From assembly GCF_009914755.1 (NCBI RefSeq), contig NC_060943.1: a stretch of DNA of 64,000 nucleotides. One strand, 5' to 3'. A program made the position numbers and the translations under genes. Positions within the stretch are counted from its first letter, which is position 1. Every line of letters begins with the position of its first letter. The notes below the pieces were generated by a model. That model was given only the letters and a program-made list of their open reading frames with translations, did no database searches and had not been told where the DNA came from. Origin of the DNA: the human T2T-CHM13v2.0 reference genome, Homo sapiens. Positions 23,851-42,964 of the stretch are shown in pieces.

Positions 23851-25324
23851 ATCTCAGCTTCAGGGGTAGAATACGGAGATGTCATCTGACCTACTTTATT
23901 TCTGAGGTTTTTTTTAAGGGTCATATGCAGAAATAAACATTTCATAGACATACCCATGTGACTCATTTTGTGTGTATATGTTTATCGAGCCACCTATTTT
24001 GTATCTATATGTACAGAAAGAAGCCTATAAAATAAACTTGATCTGAGGCTATTTCCATTTTCTTTACCTACAGGTTAGGTAAATCAGTCAGCTACTGAGC
24101 TCAGTGAAGATTTATTCAAACCAAGCCACACACCATATTACATTTTTTCATAAATGTAAAAATATCTTTAATAACCTGGAACCTGGGTGTTTTTAATTCT
24201 CATCCCATTAAACCAGCCCCATGAGGTTCTGTTCGTCTATCTAGGAACTGCCAGAAATGCTTGACATCAGTGGGCTGAGCCTTCCTCACAAAGCAGATTT
24301 GACCTGGCAAATAAGAGCCACCTGTGGCACTTCAGTGAATGTTCACTATCACCCATTTGAAATGTGGCCAAGTACCATGTACCATTATATTTGCTTCCAT
24401 CATCATCATCATCTATCTTCTAAAAAGAGACCTAGACTTCTTTTTCATTACCATAAATACCTGACTTCTGCCTCAAAGACAAAAAGACAAGAGTGTGATT
24501 TTACATCACACACTCTTGGAAATAAATACAGTTCTTGTCTTGATGAAAGTTCTAAAGAGAAAGAATAAGTATTCTCATATTTAGGTTAGGACCTTTGGAC
24601 TGGGGCTGGTTCATCTCTGACCCTACATACAACAATAAAAGAAAAGTCAATCCTGACATGGCAGTAAATAACTCCAAAGGCCTTAGTAAGTATTCATCTT
24701 CCAGAAGCGCACAACAAAGCCCAGTGCTTCCTTTGAATATATTAAGTGCAGCAGGATGTATATCAGAGCATTCCTCTATTTCTGTACTATTCTAGATATA
24801 GTATTCTATAGGGAAAAGATTTTTATACATGTATGAAAGGTTTTTGTATTACTGTTTGTAGCAATAGCTATCAATACTTCCACATTCAATGTCTTTATTC
24901 TGTATGAATATATATAAAGATTGTTCCAGCTTCATATATATATACTTATACATATTAGGTATGTATATGAATATACATACATGGTAGATACATAAACACA
25001 AACATATGAATGTGTCTTTGTAAATATTAATGTATACATATAATATTCTCCCACTTTTTAAATTATAGAGCGTATACTAAGGATGCAGGTGTAGAATTAA
25101 TTGCCTTCTGTTTTGCTCAGTAGCATGTCAGAATAAAACATAGCCATACAATGTTGTTTATAGAAACATAAAGGTTCAGCTTCAGGTTTCAGGCCTTGTA
25201 AAGCTGTGTGGTATATACTGTCCAGGTGAGCAAATAAGGCCCTGCATTTCTTTTTGGTGTGCATGGGCTATTTACATTTACCATTTTGGGCATACCTGAA
25301 TGAATCTGTAGCCACTAGTTAGAT

Positions 25325-25675
25325 AATTAGCTGATCGGGATCACCTGGGCTGAGCTAATTGGCTAATTGAATTCACCTGGACTGATCAGTTGGTTGATTG
25401 GAATCACTTGGGCTGAGCTAATTCACTGATTGAAATCACCTGGACTGAGTGAATGGTGGTTCAAAATCACCTGTGCTAAACTAATGGGCTCATCAGTTGA
25501 GCTAACTGGCTGATTGGTATCACCTAGAATAAGATAGTTGGCTGTTAGAAATCACCTGGGCTAATCAGCCGGGCTGAGCTAATTTGCTGATTGGATTCTC
25601 CTGGGATGTGCTAATGGGCTGCTTGGAATCCCCTAATTGGCTGATTTAAATTATCTAAGCTGAGCTAATTGATTC
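25325..25675. repeat. ~32-bp degenerate minisatellite (ATCACCTGGGCTGAGCTAATTGGCTGATTGGA), about 10 units
   Basis: CAC(C/T)TG at 25342, 25374, 25405, 25437 and 25468 (31-32 bp period); further decayed units continue to ~25675. Confidence 0.85.
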
Positions 25676-25984
25676 AGAAAAGTTGAACACTGAGCTGGGC
25701 CGGTGGCTCATGTCTGTAATCCCAGCAATTTGGGAGGCCGAGTCAGGCAGATCATTTGATGTCAGGAATTTGAGACCAGTCTGGCCAATACAGTGAAACC
25801 CTATCTCTACTAAAAATACATAAATTAGCCAGGCTTGGTTGTGGGTGCCTGTAATACCAGGTACTGGGGAGGCTGAAGCAGCAGAATCGCTTTAACCAGG
25901 GATGTGGAGGTTGCAGTGAGCCAAGATTGTGCCATTGCACTCCAGCCTGAGCAAGAGTGAAACTCTGTCTCAAAAAAAGAAAAA

Positions 25985-25985
25985 A

Positions 25986-26027
<42 letters not shown>
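25985..26027. repeat. (TATC)n microsatellite at an Alu tail
   Basis: About 10 TATC units. Confidence 0.9.
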
Positions 26028-28064
26028 CTGTCAGAGGATGATAACTTGAAGTATTTTAGAGATGTTAAGAATCTGAAATTATTTTTACTTTTAGTTTTTA
26101 TAAATGTTTCTTAAGCATTTTTAATTTCCAAAAAACTTGTAAATAATGTTGTCAGTTTAATTTTTCTGAAGAATTTAAATAGAGTCAAATTATACATATC
26201 AAAAAATCTACTTTTCTGGTAGTAGATCAGCTTAATTTTCAGAACAAATGTGTTAAACTTCACGAGATTTTATGCTGACCAATTTGATCAGTAGCCTCTT
26301 TCATACAACTGGGAGAGATGACACCAAGATGTAGCATTCATGTTGGGTGAGAGACTAAATGACTACCAGTAGCTAGATAATTTCTGTTTTACTAATAAAT
26401 GTTTATTTTCATTTCTATATTGTCTCAAGTTATGTTAACAATAAAGTAATAACCTTTATCCAGGAAATTTTGAAAACTTATTTTTTAATCAGCCATAACA
26501 GTAAGCAAAGACAGAGAAATGAAGGTTTTTACCAGTCATAATTTATATATTAAAATTAAAATACTTCTAGAAATAAAGAAGGAAAGGAAGAAAGAAATAT
26601 ACAAACAAATGAAAAGCAGCCTGGTCAACATGGTGAAAGCCTGCCTCTACTAAAAATACAAAAATTAGCCTGGTGTGGTGGCATACACTTGTAATCTCAG
26701 CTACTCAGGAGGCTTAGGCATGAGAATCACTTGAACCTGGTAGGCAGAGTTTGCAGTGAGCTGAGATTGTACCACTGCACTCCAGCTTGGGTGACAGAAT
26801 GAGACTCCATCTCAAACAAAACAAAACAACAACAAAATAAAAGAGAAGGAAGGAAGTTGATTACTCACAATAGCTAAGGTTTGAAATCAACCTAAGTGTT
26901 CACCAATAGGTGAATGGAGAAAGAAAATATGGTATATATACACAATGAAATGCTATTCAGCCCTTAAAAATAAGAAAGTCTTGCTATTTGCAACAACATT
27001 CATGAACCTGAAAGATATTATGTTAAGTAAAATAAGTCAGCACAGAAAAAAAACAAAATCCTCGTTTTTTTTTTTTTTGAGATGGAATTTTGCTTTTGTC
27101 ACCCAAGCTGGAGTGCAGTGGCACCATCTCCACTCACTGCAACCTCCAGCTCCCAGGTTCAAGAGATTCTCCTGCCTCAGCCTCCTCAGGACCTGGGATT
27201 ACAGGCATGTGCCACCACACCCAGCAAATTTTTATATTTTTAGTAGAGATAGGATTTCCCCCATGTTGGCCAGGCTAGTCTCAAACTCCTGACCTCAACT
27301 GATCCACCCACCTCAGCCCCTCCAAGTGTTGGGATTACAGGCGTCAGTCCCTGTGCCCAGCCCACATAATCCTATTTCTATGTAAAGTGTAAAAAAAAAA
27401 AAAAAATTAAACTCATAGAAGCAGATGGTACAATAATAAAACAAACAAAAAATCCCCTATAAGGTTTTTTGTCTGGTTAAGAGAGCTTCTTCAGGATTTT
27501 TCAGGGGTTATATTTTCTTTTATTTTCCACATTTTCCTGTTCTTCAGCCAATGGATGAAAAAAGATACAGAGAAGACACATTTACCTTTTATCCGCTTCA
27601 CTTCCATTCACTATTATTCAATGTGGATACAGATGAGAGTAGCAGTTTTCTAGTAGGACAGCCACTTCTCTGCAATAAACAAAAAACTGAAAAAAAATTA
27701 GCATATGCATCAGTAACCCTTCTAGTAAAATAAAGATTAATTTTGTTGATTTCTATTGAGTTCCTGTAATATTTGATCAAAAGCTAGCAAAAGCACAGTA
27801 GAAAAGGAAAATTGTTCTAAATAAGAATATTGTGAATGGTTATTTTGTCAATATAAGTAAAAATATGACCTCACACTAATAGTCTCACCTATAGTTGTAC
27901 AACATCAAATGCTAATTTTTATTTAAAATTTTATTTCATATAAGTATTCAATTTATATCACCTGCCTCTGCTATTTCAATGCCTCCTTCACTTTATATCA
28001 GTGAAAAACAGGCCAGCAGGTCCTAGGAAAGCACGTCGTGCTATTGCTACTTTAACAATAAACA

Positions 28065-29350
<1,286 letters not shown>

Positions 29351-29617
29351 CTATTTTTTTTCTAAATTTACTGGTAATATAAAATTCTTCGCTAAGAAGA
29401 CATGATCTTATTCAAATGTTTTATGAGATTTCATTGATGTCTGAATTATCTGGAATATTAAAATTTTTCATGAACTCAAATCAAGTACTATACATAATCT
29501 TTTAGTAAAAGCTTTTCTGAGGCAGAGTAAGATTTATAACATTTTATTATCATATGGAAGAAGTGTATTAACCATGTTTTCAGTAATCACTCTGAACACA
29601 GCATTCTCAGTTCACAG

Positions 29618-30181
29618 TGTAAAAAGTGAAGTAGAGGTTCCTCTTCAAAGACTTTTCTACCTAATTATGAATAGTAACTTCTCTTAGAAGCAAAGTTTAT
29701 TCAAAGACCTGTGCTAACATTCTTAAATATCTGCTAAGCACAATTAAAAAATCAATGTACTTTATGTTCTTAGCTCCCACAATTTAGCCTAAATATTTGC
29801 CCTGGCATGCTTATACTAATCCAAGCAAGCATTAGGTCATAGCCTGTTCCTCCTCCTTATTTGAAGGTATTTTTACCTTTCTCAGCATTCCACAAGTTAC
29901 TTCCTCCTTCCTTTGTTCTCCTCTGCCTTTGTCTCTTTTAAAAAGTTCTAAGTTGCTAAACAATTGGGACATACAGAATGTGAGGTCCCATTCCAGCCAA
30001 TGAAAACCAGACACAGCAGTAGGGTGGACACGTCAAGTTATAAATGACTCTGTCTCCTCTGTTCAGTGTACTCGTGGCAAAACTGCTTTCTGCAAAAAGT
30101 AAAAATGGCCTTGCTAAGAAAAATTAAATTTATTTTCAAGTGCTATTTCTTTACAGCTCCAGAGAACAAACATTTCTAAAA
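29618..30181 (+). mobile_element. Solo ERV1 LTR, LTR10-like (HERV-I group)
   Basis: Starts TGTAAAAAGTGAAGTAGAGGTTCCTCTTCAAAGAC; contains CCAAT, TATAAA (~30040) and ATTAAA; no internal sequence alongside. Confidence 0.7.
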
Positions 30182-32033
30182 CCATTATGGACCCTGAGTA
30201 ATTCAGGGGGAATTGGTATCTCTGTAAAGAGACAGTAAGGAAATGCTGAGTGGAGGCACCACACTGCACATCAATGCTTTCCACATGCACCCAATAGAGT
30301 CTTAATTTAATTGGGCTGTTATTTGCATAGCTAGATAATTACCAACTTTAGTCATACTATTTTTTAGCAACTAATGGCATCTGTTACCCATTAATTTTAT
30401 ACATTTGCTTTTTTGAAAAACAAATCTTTTGTTAATTCACTCTAAATTGAGACTACATTTACAATCTTCAGTTTTTCAGTGTTAAAGCAAATCAGAGAAG
30501 AGCAATGTGTGTACATAATGTGCATTTTCCTGCCTACCAAAATTATTCTGGCTGGGAAAAGTGGCTCATGCCTGTAATCCCAGCACTCTGGGAGGCTGAG
30601 GTGGATGGATCACCTGAGGTCAGGAGTTCAAGACAAGCCTGGCTAACATGATGAAATCCCATCTCTACTACAAAAATTATCCGGGCATAATGGCGGGTGC
30701 CTGTTATCCCAGCTACTCAGGAGGCTGAGGCGGAAGAATCACTTGAACCAGGGAGGTGGAGGTTGCAGTGAGCTGAGCACGTACCATTGCAGTGCAGCGT
30801 GAGTGACAGAGTGAGAATCCTTCTAAAAAAAAAAAAAAGAAATTCTTTCTTCAATTACTTGGAAACCCTGGGAAGCCCCTATAAAATACTCCCTTTGAAT
30901 ACTTTAGCCAGGATTTCAGATTTCAAAAGGTCAAAAACAATCATTGAGCAAAGCTTAAATCTTGCCTTTGTTTCTTGTTAGTCATCTGGCCATTTCTGTA
31001 AGTACGGCAATTATGCGAAGCCATTGAAAAAATGTGGTCTTGGTAAATTTTATTCCATTTCAAATGTTTTCTCTAATGTTACCTTGGTCATGTGAATCTA
31101 AAAGAAACTATCTACATAACTAATCATGGATTCAAAAAATATTCATATTAATGTGTTTACAGTTTAATCTTGTATTACAGTATAGTAGAATCCTCTATAA
31201 TTAGAAGTTAATTATTTATAAATTCATTGTTTTTAAGGTTTTTCAAATATGAAAACAGACAATTAGGTATACTTTTTGAAGTAAGTTCAATTTTAGGACA
31301 TTACCCACTGGTCTTCATGGCATTTCTGTAATAAATAGTGTAAACCTGTGTCACCAGAATGGTGCAGACATGCTGATTGAATTAGAATGAGTTCAGCCTT
31401 GTTGGTAGACTATTGGTATCCCAGAGGCTGATCATTCACTACAGCTTACTAAATACTGTTCCATAATGCCAGTGAGCACTTTTACCCAGGTTACCTTTTT
31501 CCTCCCATTAATGTGGACCTGTTGTGGTCTCCTGTTTCTCTTAAGCTATCCCAGATGAGAGGTGATTATTTCTTGAATGAATGAGATTCCCTTTTTTTTC
31601 CCTCTGCCATAGAATCCTCTTATGTTCCTTACTGGAAGCAACATGGAGGAGGCAGAAATGATGGCAAGATACAAACATTTTTCCCGCCATGTGGCCACCA
31701 TAAGCAGCTTACAACATGTTCTACCTAGAAGTCACTTACTTTCAGGCCAGCAGGGGTGTTTTTCTGTGATGTGTCTCTTTCTCTTAAAAGCACCTCTGAT
31801 TAAGTTTAGCACAATCAGGATAATCTCCATTTTGATAAACACAAAGTCTACGGATGAGTAACCTAATTTCATAAGTGATTTCCCACCACAGTCACACATT
31901 TTTTTTACACTCAAGAGGAAAGTATGACACAGCACGTGTGCAACAGACTGGTAATCCAGGGTATTATCTTAGAATGTTGCCTACCCACCTAAATAAATGT
32001 TTAAAATCATCTTTTGCTGGGCACGGTGGCTCA

Positions 32034-32327
<294 letters not shown>

Positions 32328-32952
32328 TTATCTACATAAACAAAGATATCAACTGGATATAATAATTAACTACTTTTTAGTTTTATTCATTACAAATAAC
32401 TATTTTTCTGGCTTAAATTATTTTTTATGCACCATTTATACATTCACACACACATAGAACAATAAAAATATATCCAATTATTCAATTTTGGTTGAATGTT
32501 CATTCAAATAAGTGTTAAAAATGATTTTTTTTTCCTGTTTTAAGAGGGCTTTTATTATTGTACTCAAGAGAGTTGTTTCTGGAGACAAAGTTGCCTGTGC
32601 TTTAATAGGCAGACTCTGGGGAGAATCCGAATCACAGGCCAGAACATTTTATATTAATAAATTCAATACAAAGCAGAAAGTATAGATTTGCTTTCACCAT
32701 TTTAAAAGTGTTTAGTTTTGTTAATCACCTAAATAACATAATTTGTTTTGTTGCAGTAATTGCTTTTATTCTGAAAATATGTACAAACCTATACTCACAC
32801 AAAAACACTCAATTCATAATTTTCTTACACCTCAGGTTTATCTTCAGAGTAATATGTGTATATTTAACTCTATGTAAATTAAAACTAAAAGTCTATGTGT
32901 TTGCAGGCAGAGACCACATGTTCAAGGAAAACTATATTACAAGTATTTATAA

Positions 32953-33180
<228 letters not shown>

Positions 33181-33783
33181 TGAACTCCTAACCTCAAGCA
33201 TTCCACCTGTCTCGGCCTCCCAAAGTGCTGGAATTACAGATGTGAGCCACTGTGCCTGGCCGTATTTTATTTACATTTTTGTATAATTATTATGATCATA
33301 GAAATAATTCTGTAGTCAATAACAATTTAATTGTACATTTTAAAATGAATAAAAGCATATAATTACACTATTGGTAATACAAAAGATAAATGCTAGAGGT
33401 GATGGATACCTTATTTACCATAATGTAATTACTACATATTGTAGGCCTGAGTCAAAAGATGCCATATAAGGCATAAATATATACACATATTATATACCCA
33501 CGAATACAAATAAAAAATTTAAATAATAAAGAGTCAAAATTTAATCTATGGGAACAATATTTAACTCATTTGCAGTTTAAAGCCACTGACAGTGATTACT
33601 AAAGATGTTATTTTACAATGTATGAAATAGTATATTCCTACAATATTGTACCTACACCCTTGAGTAAAGTGGGATACAGTTAGTGGCACAATAATGGTTC
33701 ATTAAACGCACGGTAGTCTTACCATGGTAAAAATAAAATAAAATTAAGTTCACAAATAATCTAACAAACTTTTTTTTTTTTGA

Positions 33784-33888
<105 letters not shown>

Positions 33889-33891
33889 TGA

Positions 33892-34068
<177 letters not shown>

Positions 34069-35099
34069 TAACAGTTTTAAAATGCACTGCATTTTATTAC
34101 ATAAAAGTACAAGTAGTAAAGTAATATACTCATTTATTTTAATATACTTTTAATTATTTCTTTGTGTCACTATAATAAAGTATTGCTCTGAACATTTACG
34201 TTATACATTACTTAATAGAATTTTACTACAAACAGCTTCTCCACTTGTATTTTCATTATGCGTCTTACATTTTAATGTTCTTACTATTTTATAGAAAAAG
34301 TCATAATGTCCAAATAATGTAAAAAAATCGAATATCTCTGATGCAGAAGCCACTGATCACATGCTTTCTCACATGTGAATAGAAATAAAATAACAGCATA
34401 ATTTGAAAGCTGTATTACATCATTATTCAGCTTTCAAAAAATTTTATTCAAGGAAACAAGTATACTTTCAACGTAATTACAATGCTTCCAAAAATCTACT
34501 CCTTTTAAAGTTAAATAGAAATCATTTACCTAAAAACTGCAGTTGTGGATTAGTTTTTATATTCAATGCTCTGATTTAGTGTAATGTCTGAAGTGTCGGG
34601 GCCTTAGTTATTCTACTGTAAACTCTCTTGATATTTATATACAATCTATTTTGAATTAAATATTTTTTAATATTTACTGCATCTGCAAAATTATATTTTA
34701 GCATAAACTCTCTGTTGTTTTCTAAGCTGTAGTTTCTGGGGAAAAAAAAGTGTTTCTAAACTTAATACATTTGTAGGACTCATCTCCAATATAAATTCCC
34801 TGATGTTGAACAAACTTGAGCAACTGCTTTAGGATTTTCCTCCAGTACAAAATGTGTGCAATAAGATCTGTGATACTAGTAAATGTACTATGTAACTCCC
34901 TTTATATTTGTAATGCTTGTCTTCACAATAAATACTCTTCTTCACTTTAAAGGCTTATACTTGCTGAAAGTTTTGACAGTAATTGCCATTTTAATGCTTT
35001 TATTAAAAGGAAGATTTTTATGTTGAGTTAGATGTGAGTAGGAATTAATAGGTTTTCCATATTCCTTCTATTTGTACAATTTTTCTCAAGGATACTAGC

Positions 35100-37540
<2,441 letters not shown>

Positions 37541-38635
37541 TCAATTGGTAGACTCAGATAAATATACTTTACAGATCTAACCTATATAATTATACAAACT
37601 ACATAAGCAAGATGACACAGCAAAATACCACAAACTGTAATTTCTTCCTGGATACATAAATGTAACAAAAGTGGACTGCCCAAAATACATTTGTAAAAAA
37701 TTTATAAGTGAGTTAAGTGTATGAAGGGCCCCAGGTGAGCACAATGCAAAGAGCCACATAGAATAAAAAGAAAATTCTGTTACTTATACCCAACAGAGCT
37801 CTTCCTGCTCTCCAGTATAATATTGTGCCTTTAAAAGTAAATTTCCAGTCGGATGCAGTCGCTCATGCCTGTAATCTCAGAACTCTGGGAAGGTGACACA
37901 TGGGTGGATCATGAGAAATTCGCCCCCATGACCCAAACATATCCCACCAGGTCCCACATCTAACAGTGAGAATTTATATTGCAGCATGAGGTTTGAAGAA
38001 CATAGACATCCAAACCATATTATAGACCACCTAGGATTCACAGCCACACACAAAACTCTCCAGTCAAAACCAAGATAATACACAGTATTCCTATTTGCAT
38101 CTGGTGTATTCTGTTAGGACACATATGAAGTTTTATTAAATTAAAAATACTATGTGCTGTAGCTCTTGGCTATAATCCTAACACTTTGGGAGATCCACTG
38201 GGGCCAAAAGTTTGAGACCAGCCTGGGCAACATAGTGAGATCCTAATACTACAAACAAGCAAACAATTATCCAGACATGGTAGTGCATATCTACAGTCCT
38301 AGATACTCAAAAAACTGAGGAGAAAGGATCACTTGAGTCCAGGAGGCTGAGGTTACAATGAGCCACAATTATGCCACTGCACTGCAGCCTGGGTGACAGT
38401 AAGATCTTGTCTCAAAACAACAACAACCAATCATTTTTAAAACACTAAAATTACACACTGTGTGTTTTCTAACAAAAACTGAATGAAACTAGGAATTAAA
38501 AGCAAAAGTCAAACTGGCAAATTCTAAAATAAGTGAATATGAAATACACTCTACAACATATTCTTGCTCAGGGGGCAAAAAATTTTATTTTTCAAAGTTG
38601 TCAATACAACCTACAGTTAAAACCTACAGTAACAT

Positions 38636-39035
<400 letters not shown>

Positions 39036-39437
39036 TCAGATGATCTTCCACAAAGTTGCCATGCATACAAAATAGAAATAATCTCTTCAAAAAATGAAGT
39101 TGAAAACTGAATATCAACACTGATAAAGTTGTTTATTTCCTTGAATGACACAATAATACATTTTAAATAAAATGCTTAAACATAAAAATACACAAGTGAG
39201 GAAAAGCATTTGAAAGAACATACAAAATCATTAATTTATACAGAAATTAAAAAAACACACAATGACAAGATCAACTTACACCCATTAGGTGCAATAAAAA
39301 TAAAACCCATGTTGATTGCTGGTGGAAAACAAAGACACAGCCATTATTTTAAAATGTTGTAAATGTTCCTCATTTATAAATCTCTATCCAAAATATGTAA
39401 CACAGGCCAGGTGCAGTGGCTCAAGCCTGTAATCCTA

Positions 39438-39985
<548 letters not shown>

Positions 39986-41265
39986 TCAAAATCATAAAAT
40001 CAGAAAGTGGAAGGTTTGTCTGTCAAAGGCTGGAGAGAGGGTAAAATGAGCAGTTGTTACTTAATGGTCAATGGCTTTTAGTTTTACAAGATGAAAACTT
40101 TCTAAAAGTCTTTTGCTTAACAATGTGAATATACTTAACATGACTGAAATGAACAGCTTTTTTTTTTGAGACACGGTCTCACTCTGTCACCCAAGCTGGA
40201 GTGTAGTTGTACAATTTTGACTTCCCTTAAATCTCCCAAGTAGCTGGGGCCACAGCTGCACATCACTATGGCTGGCTATTATTATTATTATTTTTTATAG
40301 AGAGGTGTCACCATATGTTGCCCTGGCTGGTCTCAAACTGTTGGGCTCCATGGATCCTCCAGTCTTGGCCTCTCAAAATCCTGGGATTACAAATAAGAGC
40401 CTCCACCAAGCCTGGCCCTGAAATGCACACTTCAATAGATTTAAGGTGGTAAATTTTATATTACGTGTTTTTAAGCAATTTTTTTTAAAGAAAAACTGAA
40501 AAAAAAAAAAAAAAAAACAATTATGTATCTTTTTGAAATTTACTTTCAAATCATAGAAGTGTCTCTCACAAAAGCAAATATATATTCATTGTTAAACACA
40601 TGGTGATAATAAGACTATCTCCATAAGTACTCACTTAGACAAGATAAAACTACCATCAAAAATCAGCTAAGAAAGAATATAAGCCATAACTAAAATTGGG
40701 GTCATATTTATAGATAAATACACATACAAATGTAATCTGATTATGATAGATATGCATAATTTATCTCTTAATTAAACCTTAAATTGACTTAAAGTGTACA
40801 AAAAGAACTGCAAATTGTCTAAAATTATAATACATAAGTAAAACCAAAACACCCAATAAACTAATCTTAAGAAACCTACACTGAGGCCAGAGGCAGTAGG
40901 TCACATCTGTAATCCCAGCACTTTGGGAGACCAAAGTGTGCAAATCCTGAGGCCAGCAGTTCCAGACCACATTGGCCAATATAGTGAAACCCCATCTCTG
41001 CTAAAAATACAAAAATTAGCTGAGCATGGTGGCTCATGCCTGTAGTCCCAGCTACCCAGGAGGTCAAGGCAGAAGAATCACTTGAACCTCGGAGGGGTTC
41101 AAAACTTCAAAACAACAATAAGAGAAATGTTTACTCATAAAATCTTGTATGCAACATTGAAGTATAATTAAAAAAAAATTGTCAGGCCGGGCACAGTGGC
41201 TCAAAACTGTTATCTCAACACTTTGGGAGGCCAAGATGAGCAGATCACCTGAGGTCAGGAGTTCA

Positions 41266-41427
<162 letters not shown>

Positions 41428-42823
41428 CTACACTCCAGCCTGGGTGACAGAGTGTGACTCCATCTCAAAAAAAAAAAAAAAAAAATTCTAGATAACTGCA
41501 ATATTTAACTGTTGGTGTGTACTCACAAAATGCAAGTATTCTGAATCATTAGCATGCACTGTGTGGCAGTAAAATTTCAGAGATTATGCAGTATAATTAT
41601 AAATAGAAGATTCTAATGAGAAAATAAATTAGCATTTAAAAGAAACTAGTTCCTTTTAATGTCTTAAATATATGGTATTCTTACACAAAATGAAACTGCT
41701 GTAATCAAACATTGGAAGCAAAGAGTACCCTTACATTGTTAAATAAGAAATATATATTTTGTAGAATGGGGTTAGACCCTCTGATATGTAAAACAAATAT
41801 TAGGAAATAAACTATTTTATTATGGAGATATAGGCTGAAAAAAGTAGATGAACATCCTATAATTCCTTTTTACCTGCAGCAAATTTAAATTTATAAATAA
41901 CTATTTTAGTAACTATGGGTGCCTACTAATTATGTAATTTACTTCAGGCATATCATGCAAATTCTAGCATATTGTCTTCAATATTTGAATCTAAAATTAC
42001 AGACAAATCTGAAAGAGAACATAGAAAGTAAAAATATATAGGGAGAGTGACATCAGTAAAATGAAAAGATTAAAAGTGCCCTATTTTCATATTCCCTTAC
42101 AGCAAAACAAGTCAGCCATCGCTGACAAAAATACCTTTATGAGAGAACCAGGATTATGACTCACACCTGTAATGACAGCTCCATGGAACATTAAGGTTGG
42201 AAAATTGCTTCAGGCCAGGATTTTGAGACCAGCCTGGGTCTCAAAGACCAGATCAAAGATGTAGCAAGATGCCATTTCCAAAATAAGTGCCTCTAAGGGA
42301 GATTTGAGAGCTAGGGTGGGAGTTGTGAAATGCTGTTAAAGCGTAAGGTTGAGAAGTGTTCTATTCAGAAGGCAGGCTCTCATTCACGTGGGAAACTACA
42401 GTACCCCTGTTCATGGCTACAGACCAGGATAGGGTTTACCCAAGTTGGTCCCACAGAGAATTCTGAACTTACTCTGTAACCAGCTCAAACTCCCAGCCAC
42501 AGTCTGGCAGAGGTCCTGCCATTCCAGAGACCTGGATGAAGGCACCCATTTACAGCAATGTAGGCAGGCTTGCAGACTTTGGCCTTTACTGGGGTCCCTG
42601 AAGAGGTTCAATGACTCAGTTTCGGTTACCTGAGCCACAGTTTATGGTCAGTTCTGCCTACATAGAAGCCCACACAATTGGGCCGGGCGGGGTGCCTCAT
42701 GCCTGTAATTCCAGTACTTTGGGAGGCCGAGGCAGGCAGATCATCTGAGGTCAGGAGTTTGAGACCACCCTTGCCAACATGGTGAAACCCAGTCTCTACC
42801 AAAAAAATACAAAAAATTAGCTA

Positions 42824-42964
<141 letters not shown>

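Noticed and set aside
24257-24795. 103-aa ORF with a His run, plus a neighbouring ORF
   Set aside because: The His run is a (CAT)n microsatellite. I see no recognisable domain or splice structure, and could not identify a parent gene for a processed pseudogene.
25325-25675. CRISPR-like appearance of ~32-bp periodic repeats
   Set aside because: Units are contiguous with no unique spacers, there are no cas genes, and the context is eukaryotic.
31560-31960. Possible old MLT-type LTR fragment
   Set aside because: Only a short motif (CAGGATAATCTCC) resembles the consensus; boundaries and family cannot be supported.
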